From Centroscyllium fabricii (Eukaryota), in the NCBI GenBank assembly GCA_051313645.2, contig JBNRSN020000118.1:1054001-1118000 (forward strand): DNA of 64,000 nt. Direction: 5' to 3'. Position 1 is the stretch's first letter. The number at the start of each line of letters is the position of its first letter. The position numbers and the translations under genes were made by a program. This document shows, one piece after another, positions 41,301 to 56,500 of this stretch. The notes under the pieces were generated by a model. The model searched no databases and was not told the origin of the DNA. It saw nothing but the letters and a program-made list of their open reading frames with translations.

Positions 41301-44300
41301 TGTACAGATGTTCATCATGTTGTGGTGCACACTGTACAGATGTTCATCATGTTGTGGTGCACAATGTACAGATGTTCATCTTGTTGTGGTGCACACTGTA
41401 CAGATGTTCATCATGTTGTGGTGCACATTGTACAGATGTTCATCATGTTGTGGTGCACACTGTACAGATGTTCATCCTGTTGTGGTGCACACTGTACAGA
41501 TGTTCATCATGTTGTGGTGCACACTGTACAGATGTTCATCTTGTTGTGGTGCACAATGTACAGATGTTCATCATGTTGTGGTGCACACTGTACAGATGTT
41601 CATCATGTTGTGGTGCACACTTTACAGATGTTCATCATGTTGTGGTGCACACTGTACAGATGTTCATCATGTTGTGGTGCACACTGTACAAATGTTGATC
41701 TTATTGTGTTGCACACTGTACAGATGTTCATCTTGTTGTGGTGCACATTGTACAGATGTTCATCATGTTGTGGTGCACACTGTTCAGTTGTTCATCTTGT
41801 TGTGGTGCACACTTAACAGATGTTCATCATGTTGTGGAGCACAATGTACAGATGTTCATCATGTTGTTGTGCACAATTTAGAGATGTTCATCATGTTGTG
41901 GTGCACACTGCACAGATATTCATCTTGTTGTGGTGCACACTGTACAGATGTTCATCTTGTTGTGTTGCACACTGTACAGATGTTCATCTTGTTGTGCTGC
42001 ACACTGTACAGATGTTCATCATGTTGTGGTACACATTTTACAGATGTTCATCTTGTTGTGGTGCACATTGTAGAGATGTTCACCATGTTTTGGTGCACAC
42101 TGTACAGATGTTCATCTTGTTGTGGTGCACACTGTACAGATGTTCATCATGTTGTAGTGCACACTGTGCAGATGTTCATCTTGCTGTGGTGCACACTGTA
42201 CAGATGTTCATCTTGTTGTGGTGCACATTGTACAGATGTTCATCATGTTGTGGTGCATACTGTACAGATGTACATCTTGTTGTGGTGCACACTGTACAGA
42301 TGTTCATCATGTTGTGGTGCACACTTTACAGATGTTCATCATGCTGTTGTGCACACTGTACAGATGCTCATCTTGTTGTGGTGCAAACTGTACAGATGTT
42401 CATCATGCTGTGGTACACACTGTACAGATGTTGATCATGTTGTGGAGCACACTGTACAGATGTTCATCTTGTTGTGTTGCACACTGTACAGATGTTCATC
42501 TTGTAGTGGTGCACACTGTACAGATATTCATCATGTTGTGGTGCACATTGTACAGATGTTCATCTTGATGTGGTGCACATTGTACAGATGTTCAGCATGT
42601 TGTGGTGCACACTGTACATATGTTCATCTTGCTATGGTGCACACTGTACAGATGTTCATCATGTTGTGGTGCACACTGTACATATGTTCATCATGTTGTG
42701 GTGCACAATGTACAGATGTTCATCATGTTGTGGTGCACACTGTGCAGATGTTCATCATGTTGTGGTGCACACTGTTCAGATGTTCATCATGTTGTGGATC
42801 ACACTGTACAGATGTTCATCATGTTGTGGTGCACAATGTACAGATGTTAATCATGTTGTGGTGCACACTGTACAGATGTTCATCTTGTTGTGGTGCACAC
42901 TGTACTGATGTTCGTCTTGTGGTGTTGCACACTGTACAGATGTTCATCTTGTTGTGGTGCACACTGTACAGATGTTCGTCATGTTGTGGTGCACATTGTA
43001 CAGATGTTCATCTTGTTGTGGTGCACATTGTGCAGATGTTCACCATGTTATGGTGCACACTGTACAGATGTTCATCTTGTTGTGGTGCACACTGTACAGA
43101 TGTTCATCATGTTGTAGTGCACACTGTGCAGATGTTCATCTTGTTGTGGTGCACACTGTACAGATGTTCATCTTGTTGTGGTGCACATTGTACAGATGTT
43201 CATCATGTTGTGGTGCATACTATACAGATGTACATCTTGTTGTGGTGCACACTTTACAGATGTTCATCATGTTGTGGTGCACAATTTACAGATGTTCATC
43301 ATGTTGTGGTGCACACTGTACAGATGTTCATCTTGTTGTGGTGCACACTGTACAGATGTTCATCATGTTGTGGTGCACACTGTGCAGATGTCCATCATGA
43401 TGTGGTGCACACTGTACAGATGTTCACCTTTTGTGGTGCACACTGTACAGATGCTCATCTTGTTGTGGTGCAAACTGTACAGATGTTCATCATGTTGTGG
43501 TACACACTGTACAGATGTTCATCATGATGTGGTGCACACTGTACAGATGTTCATCTTGTGGTGCAAACTGTACAGATGTTCATCATGTTGTAGTGCACAC
43601 TGTACAGATGTTCAACTTGTTGTGGTGCACACTGTACAGATGTTCATCTTGTTGTGGTGCACACTGTACAGATGTTCATCATGTTGTGGTGCACATTGTA
43701 CAGATGTATATCTTGTTGTAGTGCACACTGTACAGATGTTCATCATGCTGTGGTGCACACTGTACATATGTTCATCATGTTGTGGTGCACACTGTACAGA
43801 TGTTCAACATGTGGTGGTGCACACGGTACAGATGTTCATCATGTTGTGGTGCACACTGTACAGATGTTCATCATGTTCTGTTGCACAATGTACAGATGTT
43901 CATCTTGTTGTGGTGCACAATGTACAGATGTTCATCATGTTGTGGTGCACATTGTACAGATGTTCATCATGTTGTGGTGCACACTGTACAGATGTTCATC
44001 ATGTTGTGGTGCACACTGTACAGATGTTCATCATGTTGTGGTGCACACTGTACAGATGTTCATCATGTTGTGGTGCACACTGTACAAATGTTCATCTTAT
44101 TGTGTTGCACACTGTACAGTTGTTCATCTTTTTGTGGTGCACACTGTACAGATGTTCATCATGTTGTTGTGCACACTGTACAGATGTTCATCTTGTTGTG
44201 GTGCACACTGTACAGATGTTCATCTTGTTGTGGTGCACAATGTACAGATGTTCATCATATTGTGGCGCACTCTGTACAGATGTTCATCTTGTTGTGGTGC

Positions 44301-47300
44301 ACACTGTACAGATGTTCATCATGTTGTGGTGCACACTGTACAGATGTTCATCATGTTGTGGTGCACACTTTACAGATGTTCACATTTTTTTGTGCACACT
44401 GTACAGATGCTCATCTTGTTGTGGTGCAAACTGTACAGATGTTGATCATGTTGTGGTACACACTGTACAGATGTTCCTCATGTTGTGGTGCACACTGTAT
44501 AGATGTTCATCTTGTTGTGGTTCACACTGTACAGATGTTCATCATGTTGTAGTGCACACTGTACAGATGTTCATCTTGTTGTGGTGCACACTGTACAGCT
44601 GTTCATCTTGTTGTGGTGCACACTGTACAGATGTTCATCATGTTGTGGTGCACACTGTACAGATGTACATCTTGTTGTGGTGCACACTTTACAGATGTTC
44701 ATCTTGTTGTGGTGCACACTGTACAGATGTTCATCATGTTGCGTTGCACACTGTACAGATGTTCATCATGTTGTGGTGCACACTGTACAGATGTTCACCT
44801 TCTTGTGGTGTACACAGTACAGATGTTCATCATGTTGTGGTGCACACTGTACAGATGTTCCTCATGTTGTGGTGCACACTCTACAGATGTTCATCATGTT
44901 GTGGTGCACACTGTGCAGATGTTCATCTTGTTGTGGTGCACACTTTTCAGATGTTCATCATGTTGTGGATCACACTATACATATGTTCATCATGTTGTGG
45001 TGCACAATGTACAGATGTTCATCATGATGTGGTGCACACTGTACAGATGTTCATCTTGTTGTGGTGCACACTGTACTGATGTTCGTCTTGATGTGTTGCA
45101 CACTGATCAGATGTTCATCTTGTTGTGGTGCACACTGTACAGATGTTCACCATGTTGTGGTGGACATTGTACAGATGTTCATCTATGTGTGGTGCACATT
45201 GTACAGATGTTCACCATGTTATGGTGCACACTGTACAGATGTTCATCATGTTGTGGTGCACACTGTACAGATGTTCATCATGTTGTAGTGCACACTGTGC
45301 AGATGTTCACCTTCTTGTGGTGTACACAGTACAGATGTTCATCATGTTGTGGTGCACACTGTACAGATGTTCCTCATGTTGTGGTGCACAATCTACAGAT
45401 GTTCATCATGTTGTGGTGCACACTGTGCAGATGTTCATCTTGTTGTGGTGCACACTTTTCAGATGTTCATCATGTTGTGGATCACACTGTACAGATGTTC
45501 ACCATGTTGTGGTGCACAATGTACAGATGTTCATCATGTTGTGGTGCACACTGTACAGATGTTCATCTTGTTGTGGTGCACACTGTACTGATGTTCGTCT
45601 TGTTGTGTTTCACACTGTACAGATGTTCATCTTGTTGTGGTGCACACTGTGCAGATGTTCACCATGTTGTGGTGGACATTGTACAGATGTTCATCTATGT
45701 GTGGTGCACATTGTACAGATGTTCACCATGTTATGGTGCACACTGTACAGATGTTCATCTTGTTGTGGTGCACACAGTACAGATGTTTATCATGTTGTAG
45801 TGCACACTGTGCAGATGTTCATCTTGTTGTGGTGCACACTGTACAGATGTTCCTTTGTTGTGGTGCACATTGTACAGATGTTCATCATGTTGTGGTGCGT
45901 ACTGTACAGATTTACATCTTGTTGTGGTGCACACTGTACAGATGTTCATCATGTTGTGGTGCACACTTTACAGATGTTCATCATGTTGTGGTGCACACTG
46001 TACAGATGTTCATCTTGTTGTGTTGCACACTGTACAGATGTTCATCATGTTGTGGTGCACACTGTACAGATGTCCACCTTTTGTGGTGCACACTGTACAG
46101 ATGCTCATCTTGTTGTGGTGCAAACTGTACAGATGTTCATCATGTTGTGGTACACACTGTACAGATGTTCATCATGTTGTGGTGCACACTGTACAGATGT
46201 TCATCTTATTGTGGTGCGCTCTGTACAGATGTTAATCATGTTGTAGTGCACACTGTACAGATGTTCATCTTGTTGTGGTGCACACTGTACAGATGTTCAT
46301 CTTGTTGTGGTGCAAACTGTACAGATGTTCATCATGTTGTGGTGCACATTGTACAGATGTACATCTTGTTGTGGTGCACACTGTACAGATGTTCATCATG
46401 TTGTGGTGCACACTGTACAGATGTTCATCATGTTGTGGTGCACACTGTACAGATGTTAATCATGTTGTGGTGCAATCTGTACAGATGTTCACCTTCTTGT
46501 GGTGTACAAAGTACAGATGTTCATCATGTTGTGGTGCACACTGTACAGATGTTCCTCATGTTGTGGTGCACACTGTACAGATGTTCATCATGTTGTGGTG
46601 CACACTGTACAGATGTTCATCTTGTTGCGGTGCACACTGTACAGATGTTCATCTTGCTGATTTGCACACTGTACAGATCTTCATCTTGTTGTGGTGCACA
46701 CTGTACAGAAGATAATCATGTTGTGGTGCACATTGTTCAGATGTACATCTTGTTGTGGTGCACATTGTACAGATGTTCACCATGTTGTGGTGCACACTGT
46801 ACATATGTTCATCTTGTTGTGGTGCACACTGTACAGATGTTCATCATGTTGTAGTGCACACTGTAAAGATGTTCACCATGTTGAGGTGCATACTGTACAG
46901 ATGTTCATCTTGTTGTGGTGCACACTGTACAGATGTTCATCTTGTTGTGGTGCGCACTGTACAGATGTTCATCATATTGTGGTGCACACTGTACAGATGT
47001 TCATCTTGTTGTGGTGCACAATGTACAGATGTTCGACATGTTGTGGTGCCCACTGTAGAGATGATCAACATGTTGTGGTGCACACTGTACAGATGTTCTT
47101 CATGTTGTGGTGCACACTGTACAGATGTTCATCATGTTGTGATGCACATTTTACAGATGTTCATCATGTTGTGGTGCACACTGTACAGGTGTACATCATG
47201 TTGTGGTGCACACTGTACAGATGTTCATCATGTTGTGGTGCACAATGTACAGATGTTCATCTTGTTGTGGTGCACACTGTACAGATGTTCATCATGTTGT

Positions 47301-50300
47301 GGTGCACACTGTACAGATGTACATCATGTTGTGTTGCACAATGTACAGATGTTCAACATGTTGTGGTGCACACTGTAAAGATGTTCATCATGTTGTGGTG
47401 CACACTGTACAGATGTTCATCATGTTGTGGTGCACAATGTACAGATGTTCATCTTGTTGTGGTGCGCACTGTACAGATGTTCATCATGTTGTGGTGTACA
47501 CTGTACAGATGTTCATCTTGTTGTGGTGCACAATGTATAGATGTTCATCATGTTGTGGTGCTCACTGTACAGATGTTCATCATGTTGTGGTGCACACTTT
47601 ACAGATGTTCATCATGTTGTGGTGCACACTGTACAGATGTTCATCATGTTGTGGTGCACACTGTACAAATGTTCATCTTATTGTGTTGCACACTGTACAG
47701 ATGTTCATCTTGTTGTGGTGCACATTATACAGATGTTCATCATGTTGTGGTGCACACTGTTCAGATGTTCAACTTGTTGTGGTGCACATTGTACAGATGT
47801 ACATCTTGTTGTGGTGCACACTTTACAGATGTTCATCATGTTGTGGTGCACACTGTACAGATGTTCATCATGTTGCGTTGCACACTGTACAGATGTTCAT
47901 CATGTTGTGGTGCACACTGTACAGATGTTCACCTTCTTGTGGTGTACACAGTACAGATGTTCATCATGTTGTGGTGCACACTGTACAGATGTTCCTCATG
48001 TTGTGGTGCACACTCTACAGATGTTCATCATGTTGTGGTGCACACTGTGCAGAAGTTCATCTTGTTGTGGTGCACACTTTTCAGATGTTCATCATGTTGT
48101 GGATTACGCTGTACAGATGTTCATCATGTTGTTGTGCACAATGTACAGATGTTCATCATGTTGTGGTGCACACTGTACAGATGTTCATCTTGTTGTGGTG
48201 CACACTGTACTGATGTTCGTCTTGTTGTGTTGCACACTGTACAGATGTTCATCTTGTTGTGGTGCACACTGTACAGATGTTCATCTTGTTGTGGTGCACA
48301 CTGTACAGATGTTCATCTTGTTGTGGTGCGCACTGTACAGATGTTCATCATATTGTGGTGCACACTTTACAGATGTTCATCTTGTTGTGGTGCACAATGT
48401 ACAGATGTTCGACATGTTGTGGTGCCCACTGTAGAGATGTTCAACATGTTGTGGTGCACACTGTACAGATGTTCATCATGTTGTGGTGCACACTGTACAG
48501 ATGTTCATCATGTTGTGATGCACATTGTACAGATGTTCATCATGTTGTGGTGCACACTGTACAGATGTTCATCATGTTGTGGTGCACACTGTACAGATGT
48601 TCATCATGTTGTGGTGCACAATGTACAGATGTTCATCTTGTTGTGTTGCACACTGTACAGATGTTCATCATGTTGTGGTGCACACTGTACAGATATACAT
48701 CATGTTGTGTTGCACACTGTACAGATGTTCAACATGTTGTGGTGCACACTGTACAGATGTTCATCATGTTGTGGTGCACACTGTACAGATGTTCATCATG
48801 TTGTGGTGCACAATGTACAAATGTTCATCTTGTTGTGGTGCGCACTGTACAGATGTTCATCATGTTGTCGTGCACATTGTACAGATGTTCATCATGTTGT
48901 GGTGCACACTGTACAGATGTTAATCATGTTGTGGTGCACACTGTACAGATGTTCATCATGTTGTGGTGCACACTGTACAGATGTTCATCTTGTTGAGGTG
49001 CACAATGTACAGATGTTCATCATGTTGTGGTGCACACTGTACAGATGTTCATCATGTTGTGGTGCACACTTTACAGATGTTCATCATGTTGTGGTGCACA
49101 CTGTACAGATGTTCATCATGTTGTGGTGCACACTGTACAAATGTTCATCTTATTGTGTTGCACAATGTACAGATGTTCATCTTGTTGTGGTGCACATTGT
49201 ACAGATGTTCATCATGTTGTCGTGCACACTGTTCAGATGTTCATCTTGTTGTGGTGCACACTGTACAGATGTTCATCATGTTGTTGTGCACAATTTAGAG
49301 ATGTTCATCATGTTGTTGTGCACAATTTAGAGATGTTCATCATGTTGTGGAGCACAATGTACAGATGTTCATCATGTTGTTGTGCACAATTTAGAGATGT
49401 TCATCCTGTTGTGGTGCACACTGTACAGATGTTCATCTTGTTGTGGTGCACACTGTACAGATGTTCATCTTGTTGTGTTGCACACTGTACAGATGTTCAT
49501 CTTGTTGTGCTGCACAATGTACAGATGTTCATCATGTTGTGGTGCACACTGTACAGATGTTCATCTTGTTGTGGTGCACACTGTACAGATGTTCATCAAG
49601 TTGTAGTGCACACTGTGCAGATGTTCATCTTGTTGTGGTGCACACTGTACAGATGTTCATCTTGTTGTGGTGCACATTGTACAGATGTTCATCATGTTGT
49701 GTTGCATACTGTACAGATGTACATCTTGTTGTGGTGCACACTGTACAGATGTTCACCATGTTGTGGTGGACATTGTACAGATGTTCATCTATGTGTGGTG
49801 CACATTGTACAGATGTTCACCATGTTATGGTGCACACTGTACAGATGTTCATCTTGCTGTGGTGCACACTGTACAGATGTTCATCATGTTGTAGTGCACA
49901 CTGTGCAGATGTTCATCTTGTTGTGGTGCACACTGTACAGATGTTCCTCTTGTTGTGGTGCACATTGTACAGATGTTCATCATGTTGTGGTGCATACTGT
50001 ACAGATGTACATCTTGTTGTGGTGCACACTGTACAGATGTTCATCATGTTGTGGTGCACACTTTACAGATGTTCATCATGTTGTGGTGCACACTGTACAG
50101 GTGTTCATCTTGTTGTGTTGCACACTGTACAGATTTTCATCATGTTGTGGTGCACACTGTACAGATGTCCACCTTTTGTCGTGCACACTGTACAGATGCT
50201 CATCTTGTGGTGCAAACTGTACAGATGTTCATCATGTTGTGGTACACACTGTACAGATGTTCATCATGTTGTGGTGCACACTGTACAGATGTTCATCTTG

Positions 50301-50599
50301 TTGTGGTGCACTCTGTACAGATGTTAATCATGTTGTAGTGCACACTGTACAGATGTTCATCTTGTTGTGGTGCACACTGTACAGATGTTCATCTTGTTGT
50401 GGTGCACACTGTACAGATGTTCATCATGTTGTGGTGCACATTGTACAGATGTACATCTTGTTGTGGTGCACACTGTACAGATGTTCATCATGTTGTGGTG
50501 CACAATGTACAGATGTTCATCATGTTGTGGTGCACACTGTACAGATGTTCGTCATGTTGTGGTGCACTCTGTACAGATGTTCACCTTCTTGTGGTGTAC

Positions 50600-53500
50600 A
50601 CAGTACAGATGTTCATCATGTTGTGGTGCACACTGTACAGATGTTCCTCATGTTGTGGTGCACACTGTACAGATGTTCATCATGTTGTGGTGCACACTGT
50701 ACAGATGTTCATCTTGTTGTGGTGCACACTGTACAGATGTTCATCATGTTGTGGTGCACACTGTACAGATGTTCATCATGTTGTGGTGCACAATGTACAG
50801 ATGTTCATCATGTTGTGGTGCACACTGTACAGATGTTCATCTTGTTGCGGTGCTCACTGTACAGATGTTCATCTTGTTGATTTGCACACTGTACAGATCT
50901 TCATCTTGTTGTGGTGCACTCTGTACAGAAGTTAATCATGTTGTGGTGCACATTGTTCAGATGTTCATCTTGTTGTGGTGCTCATTGTACAGATGTTCAC
51001 CATGTTGTGGTGCACACTGTACATATGTTCATCTTGTTGTGGTGCACACTGTACAGATGTTCATCATGTTGTAGTGCATACTGTGCAGATGTTCATCTTG
51101 TTGTGGTGCACACTGTACAGATGTTCATCTTGTTGAGGTGCACACTGTACAGATGTTCATCATGTTGTGGTGCACACTGTACAGATGTTCATCATGTTGT
51201 GGTACACACTGTACAGATGTTCATCATGTTGTGGTGCACACTGTACAGATGTTCATCATGTTGTGGTGCACACTGTACAGATGTTCATCTTTTTGTGTTG
51301 CACACTGTACAGATGTTCATCTTGTTGTGGAGCACACTGTAAAGATGTTCACCATGTTGTGGTGCATACTGTACAGATGTTCATCTTGTTGTGGTGCACA
51401 CTGTACAGATGTTCATCTTGTTGTGGTGCGCAAAGTACAGATGTTCATCATATTGTGGTGCACACTGTACAGATGTTCATCTTGTTGTGGTGCACAATGT
51501 ACAGATGTTCGACATGTTGTGGTGCCCACTGTACAGATGTTCATCATGTTGTGGTGCACACTGTACAGATGTTCATCATGTTGTGATGCACATTGTACAG
51601 ATGTTCATCATGTTGTGGTGCACACTGTACAGATGTTCATCATGTTGTGGTGCACACTGTACAGATGTTCATCATGTTGTGGTGCACAATGTACAGATGT
51701 TCATCTTGTTGTGGTGCACACTGTACAGATGTTCATCATGTTGTGGTGCACACTGTACAGATGTACATCATGTTGTGTTGCACACTGTACAGATGTTCAA
51801 CATGTTGTGGTGCACACTGTACAGATGTTCATCATGTTGTGGTGCACACTGTACAGATGTTCATCATGTTGAGGTGCACAATGTACAGATGTTCATCTTG
51901 TTGTGGTGCGCACTGTACAGATGTTCATCATGTTGTCGTGCACATTGTTCAGGTGTTCATCATGTTGTGGTGCACACTGTACAGATGTTAATCATGTTGT
52001 GGTGCACACTGTACAGATGTTCATCATGTTGTGGTGCACACTGTACAGATGTTCATCTTGTTGAGGTGCACAATGTACAGATGTTCATCATGTTGTGGTG
52101 CACACTTTACAGATGTTCATCATGTTGTGGTGCACTCTGTACAGATGTTCATCATGTTGTGGTGCACACTGTACAAATGTTCATCTTATTGTGTTGCACA
52201 CTGTACAGATGTTCATCTTGATGTGGTGCCCATTGTACAGATGTTCATCATGTTGTCGTGCACACTGTTCAGATATTCATCTTGTTGTGGTGCACACAGT
52301 ACAGATGTTCATCATGTTGTTGTGCACAATTTAGAGATGTTCATCATGTTGTGGAGCACAATGTACAGATGTTCATCATGTTGTTGTGCACAATTTAGAG
52401 ATGTTCATCCTGTTGTGGTGCACACTGTACAGATGTTCATCTTGTTGTGGTGCACACTGTACAGATGTTCATCTTATTGTGTTGCACACTGTACAGATGT
52501 TCATCTTGATGTGCTGCACACTGTACAGATGTTCATCATGTTGTGATGCACATTTTACAGATGTTCATCTTGTTGTGGTGCACATTGTAGAGATGTTCAC
52601 CATGTTGTGGTGCACACTGTACAGATGTTCATCTTGTTGTGGTGCACACTGTACAGATGTTCATCAAGTTGTAGTGCACACTGTGCAGATGTTCATCTTG
52701 TTGTGGTGCACACTGTACAGATGTTCATCTTGTTGTGGTGCACATTGTACAGATGTTCATCATGTTGTGGTGCATACTGTACAGATGTACATCTTGTTGT
52801 GGTGCACACTGTACAGACGTTCATCATGTTGTGGTGCACACTTTACAGATGTTCATCATGCTGATGTGCACAATGTACAGATGCTCATCTCGTTGTGGTG
52901 CAAACTGTACAGATGTTCATCATTTTGTGGTACACACTGTACAGATGTTCATCATGTTGTGGAGCACACTGTACAGATGTTCATCTTGTTGTGGTGCACG
53001 CTGTACAGATGTTCATCATGTTGTGGTGCACACTGTACAGATGTTCATCATGTTGTGGTGCACACTGTAGAAATGTTCATCTTATTGTGTTGAACACTGT
53101 ACAGATGTTCATCTTGTTCTGGTGCACACTGTACAGATGTTCATCATGTTGTTGTGCACAATGTACAGATGTTCATCTTGTTGTGGTGCACACTGTACAG
53201 ATGTTCATCTTGTTGTGGTGCACACAGTACAGATGTTCATCATATTGTGTTGCACACTGTACAGATGTTCATCTTGTTGTGGGGCACAATGTACAGATGT
53301 TCATCATGTTGTGGTGCACACTGTACAGATGTTCATCATGTTGTGGTGCACACTGTACAGATGTTCATCATGTTGTGGTGCGCACTGTACTGATGTTCAT
53401 CATGTTGTGGTGCACATTGTATAGATGTTCATCATGTTGTGGTGCACACTGTACAGACGTTCATCATGTTGTTGTGCACACTGTACAGATGTTCATCATG

Positions 53501-56500
53501 TTGTGCTGCACAATGTACAGTTGTTCATCTTGTTGTGGTGCACACTGTACAGATGTTCATCATGTTGTGGTGCACACTGTACAGATGTTCAACATGTTGT
53601 GGTGCACACTTTACAGATGTTCGTCATGTTGTGGTGCACACTGTGCAGATGTTCATCATGTTGTTGTGCACAATGTACAGATGTTCATCTTGCTGTGGTG
53701 CACACTGTACAGATGTTCATCATGTTGTGGTGCACATTGTACAGATGTTCATCATGTTGTGGTGCACACTGTACAGATGTTCATCATGTTGTGGTGCACA
53801 CTGTACAGATGTTCATCATGTTGTGGTGCACACTGTACAGATGTTCACCTTGTTTTGGTGCACACTGTACAGATGTTCATCATGTTGTGGTGCACACTGT
53901 ACAGATGTTCATCATGTTGTGGTGCACACTGTACAGATGTTCATGATGTTGTGGTGCACACTGTACAGATGTTCATCATGTTGTGGTGCACACTGTACAA
54001 ATGTTCATCTTATTGTGTTGCACACTGTACAGATGTTCATCTTGTTGTGGTGCACACTGTACAGATGTTCATCATGTTGTGGTGCACACTGTACAGATGT
54101 TCACCTTGTTGTGGTGCACACTGTACAGATGTTCACCTTGTTGTGGTGCACACTGTACAGATGTTCATCATATTGTGGTGCACACTGTACAGATGTTCAT
54201 CTTGTTGTGGATCGCACTGTACAGATGTTCATCATGTTGTGGTGCACACTGTACAGATGTTCATCATGTTGTGCTGCACACTGTACAGATGTTCACCTTT
54301 TTTGGTGCACACTGTACAGATGCTCACCTTGTTGTGGTGCAAACTGTACAGATGTGCATCATGTTGTGGTACACACTGTACAGATGCTCATCATGTTGTA
54401 GTGCACACTGTACAGATGTTCATCTTGTTGTGGTGCACACTGTACAGATGTTCATCTTGTTGTGGTGCACACTGTACAGATGTTCATCATATTGTGGTGC
54501 ACACTGTACAGATGTTCATCATGTTGTGGTGCACACTGTACAGATGTTCATCATGTTGTGGTGCACGCTGTACAGATGTTCACCTTCTTGAGGTGTGCAC
54601 AGTACAGATGTTCATCATGTTGTGGTGCACACTGTACTGATGTTCATCTTGTTGTGGTGCACACTGTACAGATGTTCATCAATTTGTGGTGCACACTGTA
54701 CAGATGTTCATCTTGTTGTGGTGCACACTGTACAGATGTTCGACATGTTGTGGTGCACACTGTAGATATGTTCAACATGTTGTGGTGCACACTGTACAGA
54801 TGTTCATCATGTTGTGGTGCACACTGTACAGATGTTCCTCATGTTGTGGTGCACACTGTACAGATGTTCATCATGTTGTGGTGCACACTGTACAGATGTT
54901 CATCTTGTTGTGGTGCACACTGTACAGATGTTCATCATGTTGTGGTGCACACTGTACAGATGTTCATCATGTTGTGGTGCACACTGTACAGATGTTCATC
55001 ATGTTGTGGTGCACAATGTACAGATGTTCATCATGTTGTGGTGCACACTGTACAGATGTTCATCTTGTTGCGGTGCACACTGTACAGATGTTCATCTTGT
55101 TGATTTGCACACTGTACAGATCTTCATCTTGTTGTGGTGCACTCTGTACAGAAGTTAATCATGTTGTTGTGCACATTGTTCAGATGTTCATCTTGTTGTG
55201 GTGCACATTGTACAGATGTTCACCATGTTGTGGTGCACACTGTACATATGTTCATCTTGTTGTGGTGCACACCGTACAGATGTTCATCATGTTGTAGTGC
55301 ACACTGTGCAGATGTTCATCTTGTTGTGGTTCACACTGTACAGATGTTCATCTTGTTGAGGTGCACACTGTACAGATGTTCATCATGTTGTGGTGCACAC
55401 TGTACAGATGTTCATCATGTTGTGGTACACACTGTACATATGTTAATCATGTTGTGGTGCACACTGTACAGATGTTCATCATGTTGTGGTGCACACTGTA
55501 CAAGTGTTCATCTTTTTGTGTTGCACACTGTACAGATGTTCATCTTGTTGTGGAGCACACTGTAAAGATGTTCACCATGTTGTGGTGCATACTGTACAGA
55601 TGTTCATCTTGTTGTGGTGCACACTGTACAGATGTTCATCTTGTTGTGGTGCGCACTGTACAGATGTTCATCATATTGTGGTGCACACAGTACAGATGTT
55701 CATCTTGTTGTGGTGCACAATGTACAGATGTTCGACATGTTGTGGTGCCCACTGTAGAGATGTTCAACATGTTGTGGTGCACACTGTACAGATGTTCATC
55801 ATGTTGTGGTGCACACTGTACAGATGTTCATCATGTTGTGATGCACATTGTACAGATGTTCATCATGTTGTGATGCACACTGTACAGATGTTCATCATGT
55901 TGTGGTGCACACTGTACAGATGTTCATCATGTTGTGGTGCACAATGTACAGATGTTCATCTTGTTGTGGTGCACACTGTACAGATGTTCATCATGTTGTG
56001 GTGCACACTGTACAGATGTACATCATGTTGTGTTGCACACTGTAGAGATGTTCAACATGTTGTGGTGCACACTGTACAGATGTTCATCATGTTGTGGTGC
56101 ACACTGTACAGATGTTCATCATGTTGTGGTGCACAATGTACAGATGTTCATCTTGTTGTGGTGCGCACTGTACAGATGTTCATCATGTTGTCGTGCACAT
56201 TGTTCAGATGTTCATCATGTTGTGGTGCACACTGTACAGATGTTAATCATGTTGTGGTGCACACTGTATAGATGTTCATCATGTTGTGGTGCACACTGTA
56301 CAGATGTTCATCTTGTTGAGGTGCACAATGTACAGATGTTCATCATGTTGTGGTGCACACTTTACAGATGTTCATCATGTTGTGGTGCACTCTGTACAGA
56401 TGTTCATCATGTTGTGGTGCACACTGTACAAATGTTCATCTTATTGTGTTGCACACTGTACAGATGTTCATCTTGTTGTGGTGCACATTGTACAGATGTT

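Noticed and set aside
1131-45964. Four short minus-strand ORFs (1131-1358, 10569-10775, 28076-28285, 45755-45964)
   Set aside because: They are chance openings where a deletion or substitution lets a frame avoid the regular TGA codons, and they only translate the reverse complement of the repeat.
47032-48408. 1376-bp spacing of TTCGAC markers as an earlier copy of the domain E HOR
   Set aside because: The spacing is equal, but the second half of the interval (about 47.8-48.3 kb) holds the domain-B CACCTTCTTG/CACTTTTCAG block rather than the CAATTTAGAG block, so it is not the same unit.
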